Virus record (IMG/VR): IMGVR_UViG_3300020161_001351
Location: 1-49,975 of that record
Reading direction: 5' to 3' (one strand)
DNA: 49,975 nt
Origin: a virus
Taxonomy: Duplodnaviria > Caudoviricetes
Position numbers and translations under genes: made by a program. Under the pieces are notes generated by a model, which saw only the letters and a program-made list of their open reading frames with translations, did not search any database and was not told where the DNA came from. This document shows positions 18,501 to 27,417 of this stretch, in pieces (within the stretch, counting starts at the first letter, position 1; every line of letters starts with the position of its first letter).

Positions 18501-21500
18501 TGGATACTTGATAAATACCATAAGCAGCTTCGGCTCCAGGTAGATTCATTAGTTTGAATGTGGTAGAGCTGAACAAATTTTTTGATGGCATCATGTTCTT
18601 AGTCTCAGCTACTGCCTTATCAGAGGCAGGAACAAAAACTGCCATAGCGTCACCATCAAAGTCTGCGTTGAATCCACCACAGACTAGAGGATGAATCTGT
18701 ATAGCCTTTCCTTCATGAATTACAGGATTGAATCCCATCACGCCAAACTTATGTAGCACGGGATCTCTTTTTATGAATACGGGTCTAATGGCCACTGCCT
18801 TATCCAGTGCGAATTTAACAGAGGGATGGTTTGGCTCTTCTGTTATTTTCTTTATAGCCTCTAGTGGGCTATAACCCATCCCCTTCATCTCTCGCACAAT
18901 GAAAGGCTTATATATCTCTTGTGCCATCTTTCTAGGTAGCCCAACTTCGTCTAGCTTTAATTGGGGCTCTGGAATAATAACGGCTCTTCCAGTAAGGTCC
19001 GATCTGCGCTTAACTATCTTCTTCTGATACATGCCTTCTTTAGACTGCCCGCCACTGGGCTTTGCCACCGTTTGCATTATGCTGGAAATATGCACGCCTC
19101 TAGTAGTAGCTACTCCTGTTAGGTATGTATTCTTTATGGCCTCGTAAAGATTGGCTCGGAGCTTGTTCTTGTTTTCTGGTAACCCGGCAGGATCGAAGGA
19201 TCTAAGCTCATTATTAGCCAGACCCGCCAATTTGTATAGCTGGTTTGCATCAGCACTCTCAATAGATCCTAAGCTTCCCGAAGAAGCGGACAAACCCACT
19301 GGTCGATATATGGGAGGCAGCACGGGCATGTAATGATTTATGTATGCCTCTGTGGGAGTCATACCCATTCTATCCAGGGAGCTTAGTAACTTAATCTTCT
19401 TGTATGCCTTATCCTTCTCTGTTGCGGGCATTTTGCCCACAGAGTTCTTTAGCTTAGCCAGCGTGGTCTTAACATCTATACGATCTAGTGCCGCCTTAAT
19501 TCCAATACCGCCAGCTCCACCATCTAGTTTCTTATCCCCCGCCATAACGGAGTCTAGCTCTCCCCTCTTTAGATTTAGAAGGACTTCGATTGGTGTCTGG
19601 AACACCGGATTCGGTATGGGCTCCGCCAGTTTTATGTGCCCCCACTTTTTGGAATTTATCTTGCCGTCTGGAAAGTCAAAGAGACCTCCCTTATCGGCTT
19701 CTCCTGAAGATCCCACCAACATCTTGCCTGGATCTCTGATCTCATGCTTAGCTGTTTTTAAGATCTCAGAATCTGTGTAGGGCATTAGTCGTATTTCGTG
19801 CCCTTCTTTTACAGTGTTTATGCCCATGGCTTTTAAGTAGCCCATGAACTTGTGATATGCAAAGGTAGGGGCTGCTGCTGGTAATGGAGTTCCTGACATT
19901 AATGAACTCCAGAACTCATCAGAGTCGTATCCTCTTTCCCCTATGTTTGGTCTTTCATAGGTGGACTTGTGCGTCTGCAACTCTTGAATGTTTGCACGAG
20001 CGTTGTGTCCTAGTAAAGCGTATACACCCAAGGTACTCAGAGCCTGTCCAGAGGCACTACCTCCATTTGACGGCTGTAGGTTCTGGTCGTATCTGTGCTT
20101 GGAGGTACCGATAACTGAAGGACCACCAGATCTTCCCGATAGCTTTTTCTCTCCCTGATGTACTAGCTTCTGTATATACTGCGGCCCAACTAGCACACTA
20201 CCGAGAGATTTTCCAGTAGTAGGATCGTATACTATCTCAGTATCCGATAACCCGTGTGACTTCAATTCTTTCTGTAACTTCTCTGTCATATCAGGCACAG
20301 AAGCATCGAAGTTTTTTATTGCGTAAACCTTGCCGGTCTTCTGCGCAATTTTTCCTGCTGCAAGTTCAAGAACTTGGCCTGGATTAATACGGCCCGGAAT
20401 ACCCGCTGGATTCATCAACACGTCAATCGGTTTCTTTGTCCCGCTTTCCATGGTGTGCGGCATATCCTTGTCTTCAAGGATTTGCGTTATTACGCCCTTG
20501 TTACCATAGCGGCCAACAAGCTTATCTCCCAGACCCATGGATTCTTCAGTAGATACGTACACAGTAATATACTTTCCATTCTTTACTACTCTGGAAACTA
20601 CCCCGATAGTATCGTGATCCCATCTCAGATCTTTAGACTTCCACGGGTTCTTGAATTTGTTGGATCCCCGCATACCCGATAAATCTAAATCCTGTTTAGA
20701 TTTCTGAATAGCGGCTATCAACACATCTCCAGGTTGTACCTTAGTACCCTCTTTAATTACGCCATCTTCTCCAATATTAACGAGGTTTACCCCTTTGGCG
20801 CTCTGGGATGCCCAAGCTAAGTACAAGGACTTACTAGCCACTACTGCGCCAATGTCTAGAGAGTCTAGATCCTTGGTGCTGTTAACCATAGTGCCAACAT
20901 TCAAAGTAACTTCCATCTCCATGGGAGTAGTGTGCTTGCTGGTTAACTTCTGCGTGGCAGATCTAGAAATAACTACACCATCCTCAAAGTTATATCCATT
21001 CATTGGCATGTACCCAACGGTTAAGTTTTTCCCGAGGCTTAGCACGCCATTCTTGGTAAAGTTCTGATCTGCGATGACTTGATCTTTCTTAACTGAGTCT
21101 CCTACCTTAACTAGTGGCTCAGAGTTAAGTGATGTCTTCTTCTCTGTGGTTTGAAATCTATCATACAGATGTGTTTGGTGCAGTTTGCCATCAGCGGCCT
21201 TTACCTCTATAAAGTTAGGAGTTACCTTCGTAACTACCCCAGACTCTTTTGCAGTATGGGCAAAGAATTTTCCGAGGGCGGCCTCAAAAGTTTCCCCAGA
21301 CTCAGTGCGGATCTGTACTAATGGTTCTTCTCTATGAATTAGGGATATGGCCTGTCTGCCCATCTTCCCTGCCATCATTGCTCTGTTGCCGTTGTTATTT
21401 GCCAAGAAGGGGACTAGGTTTGAAGGTACCCCGAATTGATGGGTGGCAGAGACTATTACATAGTCCACCTTTGAGAAAGGAACCTTCTCAATAGCCCCAC

Positions 21501-22899
21501 CCGCAATAGACGCTGAAACTAAATTAGATCTAGGAGTAACAATACCATTCTCATATTTGATGTCGTCTGGGAATGCTACTACCGACTTGTATGCCTTCAG
21601 GACCGGAACATCTTCCATCTTCTTGGTCTTAGTGTTGTACATAAGAGAGACAATGGTACTACCCTGTTTGCCTACAGTAATAGGCAAAGGAAGGGCTAGT
21701 CCCGAGTCCTTCTTCTCTCCAGTATCCAGAGGATCTAAGAATCCAATGTGGGAACCGTGGACTAACTGTGCCGTATTTAAAGAGTTGCCTACGCTACCAG
21801 AGATACCGCCCATGCCCATTACCGTTGTCTGTGTTGCCCCAGAAATCATGGCAATCGGGTTAGTCTGATCTGCTCTAGCCGCTAGTTGCGTTTCTCCAGA
21901 CTTGAAGAACCCATGAACTACCTTTGCTAATGGTTGTGTCTTTACGGCATCCGATACTTCGTAGGACTTATCAAGGTTGACCTTAATCCGTCTTTGTAGA
22001 TCTCTCTTCTTACGGTTTACTAAGTCATACAGGATATCCCCAGCATCTAAGAACTCTTTATGCCCTACGTTATCATATGTGCTGGGGGCAACCTCACCTC
22101 TTGAAATTCCAATTAATTTCTTTGCGGCTGATGCCATAACATGGGTATCAAAAGTCTCTCGCTTTACCCCAATAGTATCCTCAGTAACATCCGGATTTAA
22201 TTTCCAGACGTTATAGTGGTCGGCCATAATCTTAGCGGCCTCTTTGTGATTAACCACAGCAGCTCCAGAGATTTTAGTTGCAGCTGCTAGCAATCCACGC
22301 ATGTCTTTATCTGTCATATTTGCGGCAACAATTTCTTTACCGAAAGCCTTATGTAGTTCAGCCTCACTCATACCAACTCCATGCAGAATTGGCATAATTG
22401 AAATGGTAGAGCTTGTTCCGGGGGCCACGGCTAATTCAAGCTTTCGGCTGGTAGGCTCAAAGTTCATTTTTAACTGGGATTGCCAACCACCACCAACCAC
22501 CGCCTGCATCTCGCCGTTCTCACCGATACGAGTGTAAACTCCGGGTAATCGGCGAAACTGATGCTGTACTTGGTACTCATCACCGTCAACTAAGTAACTG
22601 AATCTGCCTGTAACTTTTGGCAGATCAGTAACCTTAATTTTAGAGGTATGCATTACTGTTCCAGTGGCATTATCTAGTAGAGAGATGGTGGCATGGACAG
22701 GAACTGCCCAACTTCCTCCCTTATCTTTCGCCTCTCTCTGCTCTGGGAAATTAAAGGGGTCTTTATCATCATGTATTTCCACATGATCAACACGCAGGGT
22801 TCTTTTTTTGCCCTGTATGTTATAGATATTCTTAACCGCCTCTACTGTTCTAGCTTTCATATTTTCGAACATCTGGGCGGGGTTTAGTTGTGACACCAT
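15586..22899 (-). CDS. rpoBC: DNA-directed RNA polymerase, fused beta-beta' subunits, intein-containing
   Basis: Beta motifs GYNFEDG, GDKLVGRYGNKG, NPAGIPGRINPGQ, YIQKLVH. Beta' motifs WGHIKL, PVLPP, RDPVLH, NADFDGD (18649-18669), RSSLTC...CQKC, EPLTQ. Start reassigned to ATG 22899 (MVSQL) behind AGGAG. Confidence 0.93.
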   Translation of the reverse strand: MVSQLNPAQMFENMKARTVEAVKNIYNIQGKKRTLRVDHVEIHDDKDPFNFPEQREAKDKGGSWAVPVHATISLLDNATGTVMHTSKIKVTDLPKVTGRFSYLVDGDEYQVQHQFRRLPGVYTRIGENGEMQAVVGGGWQSQLKMNFEPTSRKLELAVAPGTSSTISIMPILHGVGMSEAELHKAFGKEIVAANMTDKDMRGLLAAATKISGAAVVNHKEAAKIMADHYNVWKLNPDVTEDTIGVKRETFDTHVMASAAKKLIGISRGEVAPSTYDNVGHKEFLDAGDILYDLVNRKKRDLQRRIKVNLDKSYEVSDAVKTQPLAKVVHGFFKSGETQLAARADQTNPIAMISGATQTTVMGMGGISGSVGNSLNTAQLVHGSHIGFLDPLDTGEKKDSGLALPLPITVGKQGSTIVSLMYNTKTKKMEDVPVLKAYKSVVAFPDDIKYENGIVTPRSNLVSASIAGGAIEKVPFSKVDYVIVSATHQFGVPSNLVPFLANNNGNRAMMAGKMGRQAISLIHREEPLVQIRTESGETFEAALGKFFAHTAKESGVVTKVTPNFIEVKAADGKLHQTHLYDRFQTTEKKTSLNSEPLVKVGDSVKKDQVIADQNFTKNGVLSLGKNLTVGYMPMNGYNFEDGVVISRSATQKLTSKHTTPMEMEVTLNVGTMVNSTKDLDSLDIGAVVASKSLYLAWASQSAKGVNLVNIGEDGVIKEGTKVQPGDVLIAAIQKSKQDLDLSGMRGSNKFKNPWKSKDLRWDHDTIGVVSRVVKNGKYITVYVSTEESMGLGDKLVGRYGNKGVITQILEDKDMPHTMESGTKKPIDVLMNPAGIPGRINPGQVLELAAGKIAQKTGKVYAIKNFDASVPDMTEKLQKELKSHGLSDTEIVYDPTTGKSLGSVLVGPQYIQKLVHQGEKKLSGRSGGPSVIGTSKHRYDQNLQPSNGGSASGQALSTLGVYALLGHNARANIQELQTHKSTYERPNIGERGYDSDEFWSSLMSGTPLPAAAPTFAYHKFMGYLKAMGINTVKEGHEIRLMPYTDSEILKTAKHEIRDPGKMLVGSSGEADKGGLFDFPDGKINSKKWGHIKLAEPIPNPVFQTPIEVLLNLKRGELDSVMAGDKKLDGGAGGIGIKAALDRIDVKTTLAKLKNSVGKMPATEKDKAYKKIKLLSSLDRMGMTPTEAYINHYMPVLPPIYRPVGLSASSGSLGSIESADANQLYKLAGLANNELRSFDPAGLPENKNKLRANLYEAIKNTYLTGVATTRGVHISSIMQTVAKPSGGQSKEGMYQKKIVKRRSDLTGRAVIIPEPQLKLDEVGLPRKMAQEIYKPFIVREMKGMGYSPLEAIKKITEEPNHPSVKFALDKAVAIRPVFIKRDPVLHKFGVMGFNPVIHEGKAIQIHPLVCGGFNADFDGDAMAVFVPASDKAVAETKNMMPSKNLFSSTTFKLMNLPGAEAAYGIYQVSTLGKDSGKKFNSPAEILAAHKSGTLGLTDKVSLTGSATSAGRAMLFAALPSSLKSSPIGQDVLFGESIGKKKMQDILVAAAKDHQEEYSHVMDAWKNIGNQQATALGSSLSLKDFGAYKGIREKHLAVADASLAKLKTVTPEDKVREFGKAYVSILSETEAAAKKDNNKLYNWTQGSGALSKWGQVTQMISAPLQVMDGMGGVSPNPVRKSYSEGLTTADYWNSIPGVRSGTLARAKETQDPGARAKGIMNLVVNLPIATDDCKTHNGILIATDNPDAEGRYLAEDVGAFKYDEVVTPSVLSALKKTPPKIKVRSSLTCALKEGICQKCAGINENGKLHEKGVNFGVLAGEALSEPLTQMIMKAFHCLHRHSLVHIKNSEGIFCYTLEDLFHEIPTTPFVEGSEEIKKVPSGWFVYDSKQWSPLTHVRRHLPDSPMKVLSSGGLLTICQDTHPIGISEDKFLSPREMTGSEKLLKDLTCVTSEHKEASLGLDPYLVGSYLAEGCVVWKKSHKKQKEQKPYAVYISQKNGSIKDKMLQAMQTIGHPKVTHKGMTVNSLVMGQLFNDLFGRYSRNKKLPKDFLSYSREYLSSVLSGMIDGDGCIVHTDSGAAYAQIDTTSFALLQQMGMISSKLGIGFYCVATPRRKHSLHQGYQIRIKLSELACSILGESIKVKSVETYGDFSPPEIVGWNKVGIIKDVMHSDLDFVYDATTESHVLVASGIYHHNTGGSAMGGGDATASHFDQANQIFEMVKPESMPSKATLSPEAGKVTKIVEDTVAGGHFVFVNGVPHRTPLTLKLLVSVGDEVKKGQPLCGGPISPHELLKHTDIEHTRNHLVSTLGGIYKSYGVRQRNVEAVIRNLTNTVEVVEDLLHIHSPKDVLSETLILKENEERREAKEPEIKYKHVMKGIDEAIKAGHGDDWLARMNYQELESTLREGAATGATARIHGANPLAGIAYGAEFGENKTDSWKY
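16327..17403 (-). mobile_element. Intein with LAGLIDADG homing endonuclease in the RNAP beta' trigger-loop region (359 aa)
   Basis: KAFH|CLHRHS...GIYHHN|TGG. Cys1, block B ICQDTHP, LAGLIDADG-like VGSYLAEG and LSGMIDGDG, C-terminal HN followed by Thr. Confidence 0.92.
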
Positions 22900-22939
22900 G
22901 GAGTACTCCTGAAGGACATCAAAATTATACCCTACTATT

Positions 22940-23134
22940 ATGGATAATACATATATGTGGGAGAAGTTTGCAACTCTCATAAGTGAAATCAGCGGATTAC
23001 CTAGTAGGAGCGTAGAACATGAGCGAGAAGAGGAATCAGAGAGACAGGAAAGTGAGCTTGCTACTATTCTCATTCCTGATGGGGCTGATAAACGGGTTGA
23101 CGAGGAAGTAGATGGAAGCTCCTCCGAAGGTTAA
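22940..23134 (+). CDS. Small acidic hypothetical protein (64 aa)
   Basis: First ORF of a plus-strand island divergent from the RNAP gene; overlaps the next gene. Confidence 0.5.
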   Translation: MDNTYMWEKFATLISEISGLPSRSVEHEREEESERQESELATILIPDGADKRVDEEVDGSSSEG

Positions 23135-23348
23135 ATGCTTCCTATCTGCGAGCACTCTTTGCAGTCATGTAGATTGCAGAAATTGCAAATATTTTAAAGC
23201 CAAATATGGGGAAGTAGCCTGGGTGTGTTCTTTCTGTCCCTTGCCGGAAAATGTCCAGGTATTGGGATACTACGGAGACGGTCCATGTTCCAACTGTGGA
23301 GAACCTCGAATCGTAAACACGGCGGTGCTATATGTTGATGTGCGATAA
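23112..23348 (+). CDS. Cys-rich small protein, putative Zn finger (78 aa)
   Basis: GAGG RBS; C/CxxxxCxxC/CxxC/CxxC. Confidence 0.6.
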   Translation: MEAPPKVKCFLSASTLCSHVDCRNCKYFKAKYGEVAWVCSFCPLPENVQVLGYYGDGPCSNCGEPRIVNTAVLYVDVR

Positions 23349-23721
23349 CTGCGGGCACCCCGTAAAAGACTCGGAATCAGTACTGAGTTTTGAGACTGGT
23401 ATTGCTCGGTACTCTGAGAAGGGTGGGCATGTTTATTTTGTGCAGGACGAAGACGCTATCGGACATAAAGATTGCTTCTGGCCTCCAATTGAGAGACGGC
23501 TCCGCTATCCAGATCAACAAGAAATTGATCACTGCGCACTATGTTACGGAGTAATAAAATCTGAGAGTAGAATGGTGCGCACTAAGGTAGGAATACTGGA
23601 CGAAGGGGAAGTCCGCGAGACTGGAAAAGAGTTTCAAGAAAACTACTTCCACCCAAACTGTATTCAACAGTATGTACCAGATGAATGGATGAACTGGTCT
23701 CAAAGCTCGGAGCACATATGA
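23332..23721 (+). CDS. Tandem Zn-finger protein (129 aa)
   Basis: Two CxxC...HxxC units (CDNC...HKDC; CALC...HPNC). Confidence 0.65.
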   Translation: MLMCDNCGHPVKDSESVLSFETGIARYSEKGGHVYFVQDEDAIGHKDCFWPPIERRLRYPDQQEIDHCALCYGVIKSESRMVRTKVGILDEGEVRETGKEFQENYFHPNCIQQYVPDEWMNWSQSSEHI

Positions 23722-24191
23722 CAAACAAGCTAACCTCACAAAGTGGACAAAGAGTATATTACTATTTTAGTTGGAATAGCCGTAGTGGGCATGTCTTAAG
23801 AATGTGCGGTTCTGAGAAGAGCTTAGAGCATCTGATTCTGCAGGATTTTCCTCAAGCAACACCGAGGATGCCGATCTATACCGGGATACTTTCAGATCTT
23901 ACTCCTCGGCAAAAATATGAATGTGAGAGAAGAAGGATTAGACTCCTGAGATATAGAGAGAAAAATAAATACAAGTCGGTGATACAAAATTTTCTGGCGC
24001 ATATTTTCTATGATGCTCTAGAAGCTAAAGTGACTCCGACACTCCCAAATATATTCGAGAACATACACAACCTTGAGGATGTATATGATTACGCTTTTGA
24101 GAACTGGACACACGAACAAGTCATACAAGTAGGAAAAGCCTGTGAAGCACACGATTACTTTCAAGACCGGAAGTTCCCCCGTAATAAGTGA
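23718..24191 (+). CDS. Hypothetical protein
   Basis: ATGA overlap with the upstream stop supports a start at 23718, with GGAG upstream. Confidence 0.55.
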   Translation: MTNKLTSQSGQRVYYYFSWNSRSGHVLRMCGSEKSLEHLILQDFPQATPRMPIYTGILSDLTPRQKYECERRRIRLLRYREKNKYKSVIQNFLAHIFYDALEAKVTPTLPNIFENIHNLEDVYDYAFENWTHEQVIQVGKACEAHDYFQDRKFPRNK

Positions 24192-24417
24192 CGGTTTAGA
24201 TTTAATCAGCATCGTTTGCAATGAGGCGTATCTAGTAGTTGATCAAATAGAAATATACCAGGGATCGGCGCTAATAAATCACGGCAGAAATATAAGCGCG
24301 CTAGAGAAAAAGAAGGAACAAGATAAGGCGGAAAAATGCAATAAAGAATATGGACAAGCTATGAAGAGACTACTAGAAGGATCTGCTTTCTTGCGAGATC
24401 TAATGAAGAATTTCTGA
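24142..24417 (+). CDS. Hypothetical protein (91 aa)
   Basis: GTG start behind AGGA, co-oriented with the island. Confidence 0.45.
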   Translation: MKHTITFKTGSSPVISDGLDLISIVCNEAYLVVDQIEIYQGSALINHGRNISALEKKKEQDKAEKCNKEYGQAMKRLLEGSAFLRDLMKNF

Positions 24418-24604
24418 AATATTTTAGCCATTTGTAGCCGTTCAGAGTCCGCTAAGGCGGAAGTGTTTGCTTAGCAAGTATTTTATACTCCTAGTAATAA
24501 TATATGTAATGGGATTATTAGTTTCGGATCGGTGCCCATTCCTGGAGAAACTTTTTAGCTCTCAATCTATTTTATGTTTTAGTTATAACTATTATGGAGG
24601 CACG

Positions 24605-24997
24605 ATGTCGAAATCTAAGAAGAAGAAAGAGTATGATGCCGCAATTGTGGCAGGAGATTATGTGCGAGTTGCAGAGTTATCCAGGGAATATGCTGAGCAA
24701 GTAAAGCTCACCGAGAAGTACAATAGGATCAAGCTGGAACAATTTGGTAACATCAACGAGGCTGGGGTAATCTGGATCGAAGAAGAGCAGAGATTCAGAA
24801 AAGTAACGGGAGTACCTGTTCCTCATCCTCTGCCACTCGGAAGTAATATAAGAAAGAGATCCGGCAAAATATTTGCCAATGGAGAAAAGATCGCCACTAT
24901 CGCACAAATATCCACTCACCCAATAACCAATAGACCTGCGTATGTCTTGGAGGGTATCGAAGGTCTAATTGAATTTTGTGTTGCTATTCCAGAATAA
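24605..24997 (+). CDS. Hypothetical protein (130 aa)
   Basis: Start reassigned to ATG 24605 (MSKSKKKK) behind GGAGG, after an AT-rich intergenic stretch. Confidence 0.65.
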   Translation: MSKSKKKKEYDAAIVAGDYVRVAELSREYAEQVKLTEKYNRIKLEQFGNINEAGVIWIEEEQRFRKVTGVPVPHPLPLGSNIRKRSGKIFANGEKIATIAQISTHPITNRPAYVLEGIEGLIEFCVAIPE

Positions 24998-25022
24998 GTA
25001 TTCTTTAGCACAAGGAGATCAA

Positions 25023-25145
25023 ATGGGAAAAATTGCACTTACCGCACTATCCACTACCCTAGTTTACGCGAGCATTATTTTTCTTGTCGGAAAATTATGT
25101 ATAGTGGGAGTAGAAAGTCTATCCGCAAATAAACACAGAAATTAG
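25023..25145 (+). CDS. Small single-TM membrane protein (40 aa)
   Basis: Not in the ORF track. AAGGAG RBS then MGKIALTALSTTLVYASIIFLVGKLCIVGVESLSANKHRN. Confidence 0.5.
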   Translation: MGKIALTALSTTLVYASIIFLVGKLCIVGVESLSANKHRN

Positions 25146-25358
25146 TGATAATAATATTAGCAGAAGTATGGATAGGCTTGAGGAGAAAGTGAGTCCCGCT
25201 GAATAAGCCCACTCATGAGTAAACGATACAGCCGTTGACTCCAAACTTGCTATTGAAAAGGCTTCGCCCCCACTGGCGCAAAATAGGTGGATGCCCCAAA
25301 CAATGATGGACGAGCTGGTCGAGGCCGGCAAAGACTCCATTGTATTGTAGGTAAGCAT
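25119..25358 (-). CDS. Possible small membrane protein (79 aa)
   Basis: Follows the portal gene and has a hydrophobic C-terminus. Weak support. Confidence 0.3.
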   Translation of the reverse strand: MLTYNTMESLPASTSSSIIVWGIHLFCASGGEAFSIASLESTAVSFTHEWAYSAGLTFSSSLSILLLILLSLISVFICG

Positions 25359-25374
25359 AGAATCCGCCTTTTCT

Positions 25375-27417
25375 TTAGCTACCTATCTGTCTACTTGGAT
25401 CTCTTCTCTGTGGTTTCTGTTCTGGCATTGGCATTTGCGCAGCATTTAATGGATTAGATTGAGACCCCAAAGTATCTTGTATGATCTGATTTACCAATGT
25501 GAATAGTTCGGGGTTAGCTGTTCGCATAATATTTAGCTGTGCAGATCTCTGCCCTTCATCAAGAGTCTCTAGATAGTTAGCGGCTCTCTTAGCGATGTAT
25601 TGTAAGCTCATTCCAGAAGGGGTAGCTTCATTCGGATTACCCATAGTTGGCTTTACGCCAGTAGCCGGATTATTCTGCGAATTTTCCGGATACACGGAAG
25701 CACCTTCGGGGAATCCCGGAGCTACTTGATTCCCTGTTAATGCTCCTGCAGGAACATTTGGATCCTGTTGAGCATTAGGATCTTGAGGCATAGCATTAGG
25801 ATCCTGCATGGCATTAGGGTCTTGCCCCGGTGGCGCCATTCCAGGCTGTCCAGGTTGCTGTGATTGCATTGCCATTTGTAGCGCCATCTGTGCCTGCTGC
25901 ACATCTAGCTGATACTTATTATTTACAACAGCTACCTCACCTTGGATATGTGCTTGCTCTTTCTGCATTCTTCTTTGCAGTTCTAGAGTGAATCCTCTTT
26001 CTGCATTCATCCGATCTCTCTCTACGCCAATATCCATTCCGATATCTTCTAGGAGAGTGGCATCACTTAATTTCTGTGCCTGATTCAGCTGGAAATAAAG
26101 CATGGTTCTCTGAAGATCATCAGCCATCTTAAAGGGCTTAAAGTCTCCCTTTACCTTAGGCCATCCCATGTATGCGGCAATTCTATTGAAGATAAAATCG
26201 AACACCAGTTCTTTCTGTTCTTCAATATAGCCAAGAAACTTATTGTGCAACTGGAACATGGTAAGGTTAGTGGACGAATACTGGATACCTCCGAAAATAA
26301 ACTCTGGAGGAACTCCCATACCCGCAGCTATATGCTCAGACCATACTCTATACTCTTGGTGCAGTAGTAATGCTTTACCATCACCACCAATAATTTGAGA
26401 GCCTAACGGTAGAGGCATAACAGGGATGCGGTTTGGGTCAACCTTCCACTTAGCAATCTGCTCTTCTACTTCCTGTTTCCAGTCAGACAAATTTATAGTG
26501 GAGAATGGATCTGAGGTAGTTGTTCCTTGGCTTGGGAATAATACTCGTAATGGAACTATGTGTTCTTGCGCCACAGCTTCCTGCGCTCTGCGCAAGACAC
26601 CCATATAGTGAAGATCCTTTAGCACTGGGAGTACTAAAGGACTACCCCAACCAGGAGTCTTCTGAGAGAGTGTTGGTCTCTTGAAATGAAAGATATTGTC
26701 TGGGTGGAAATATAACTTCTTTTTCTGCTTGATTGCTTGAATGAATATGTCTGGCAGCTCTTCGAGAGCTGCTGGCTTACCTAGCATAACCTGATTGATT
26801 ATGGTGTTCGGAATGTTATATATGATAGTGGTCTTACCAGATAGTTCATTGTACTCAATATCAATGGACTCTGGATTCCACCGCATCAATCTAACATCGC
26901 GAATAGATCTAACGTAGTTATCATGTACCTTAGCGAAACCGTCATTGCCGCATGCGGGACACTTGATATGGTACTGGAATGAAAGCCACTTGTACTTAAG
27001 AGCTTTGATGTCATGTTGCTTGTGGCAAGTGCCACACTCCAGATACTTCTTAAAGGGAAACATGATAGAGACGAATGCGTTCCCATAGGTGAAGTAATCT
27101 AATCCTACCTCAATCCGGAAGGACTTTAGTTTGAGGATTTTTACAATCTCTTCATACTTCTCTTTTAGTACCGTATCGTTTGTCTTAAAGATTATGGCAG
27201 TTATCGGGTACTCTGCCATTTTAGTTATGGCGGAGTTAACTACAGGATTCGTGGTGAAGTAAAACTTGGTCCAGTTAAATAGCTGCTTAATATCATTGGG
27301 TAAGTAAGACTGCCCAAGATCAAAAAATGGGTGCGGGTATTTTGGCGCATTTGCCAATACCCCAGATCTGGCAGTAGCCCTCTGATTACCAACTAATGTT
27401 TCTGGTAGTCTACTCAC
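25375..27417 (-). CDS. Portal protein with Zn-ribbon insertion and Q/P-rich tail (680 aa)
   Basis: NPVVNSAITKMAEYP, GLDYFTYGNAF, WNPESI, NIFHFK, GWGSPL, IAAGMGVPPEFI: portal-family pattern. GTG start behind AGGAG. Confidence 0.82.
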   Translation of the reverse strand: MSRLPETLVGNQRATARSGVLANAPKYPHPFFDLGQSYLPNDIKQLFNWTKFYFTTNPVVNSAITKMAEYPITAIIFKTNDTVLKEKYEEIVKILKLKSFRIEVGLDYFTYGNAFVSIMFPFKKYLECGTCHKQHDIKALKYKWLSFQYHIKCPACGNDGFAKVHDNYVRSIRDVRLMRWNPESIDIEYNELSGKTTIIYNIPNTIINQVMLGKPAALEELPDIFIQAIKQKKKLYFHPDNIFHFKRPTLSQKTPGWGSPLVLPVLKDLHYMGVLRRAQEAVAQEHIVPLRVLFPSQGTTTSDPFSTINLSDWKQEVEEQIAKWKVDPNRIPVMPLPLGSQIIGGDGKALLLHQEYRVWSEHIAAGMGVPPEFIFGGIQYSSTNLTMFQLHNKFLGYIEEQKELVFDFIFNRIAAYMGWPKVKGDFKPFKMADDLQRTMLYFQLNQAQKLSDATLLEDIGMDIGVERDRMNAERGFTLELQRRMQKEQAHIQGEVAVVNNKYQLDVQQAQMALQMAMQSQQPGQPGMAPPGQDPNAMQDPNAMPQDPNAQQDPNVPAGALTGNQVAPGFPEGASVYPENSQNNPATGVKPTMGNPNEATPSGMSLQYIAKRAANYLETLDEGQRSAQLNIMRTANPELFTLVNQIIQDTLGSQSNPLNAAQMPMPEQKPQRRDPSRQIGS
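25756..25824 (-). repeat. Four QDPN(A/V) peptide repeats in the portal C-terminal tail
   Basis: QDPNAM-QDPNAMP-QDPNAQ-QDPNV; repeated GCATTAGG(A/G)TC on the plus strand. Confidence 0.8.

Noticed and set aside
15586-22899. Bacterial chromosomal rpoBC locus
   Set aside because: It is flanked by terminase, portal and spike genes, has no ribosomal protein genes nearby, and is strongly reduced and divergent.
22900-23073. N-terminal 58 aa of the 2495-aa ORF-track call
   Set aside because: It overlaps a plus-strand ORF, is Ser-rich shadow-like sequence, and a strong AGGAG precedes ATG 22899.
24448-24461. Hairpin TCCGC-TAAG-GCGGA as an intrinsic terminator
   Set aside because: The stem is only about 5 bp and there is no convincing U-tract.
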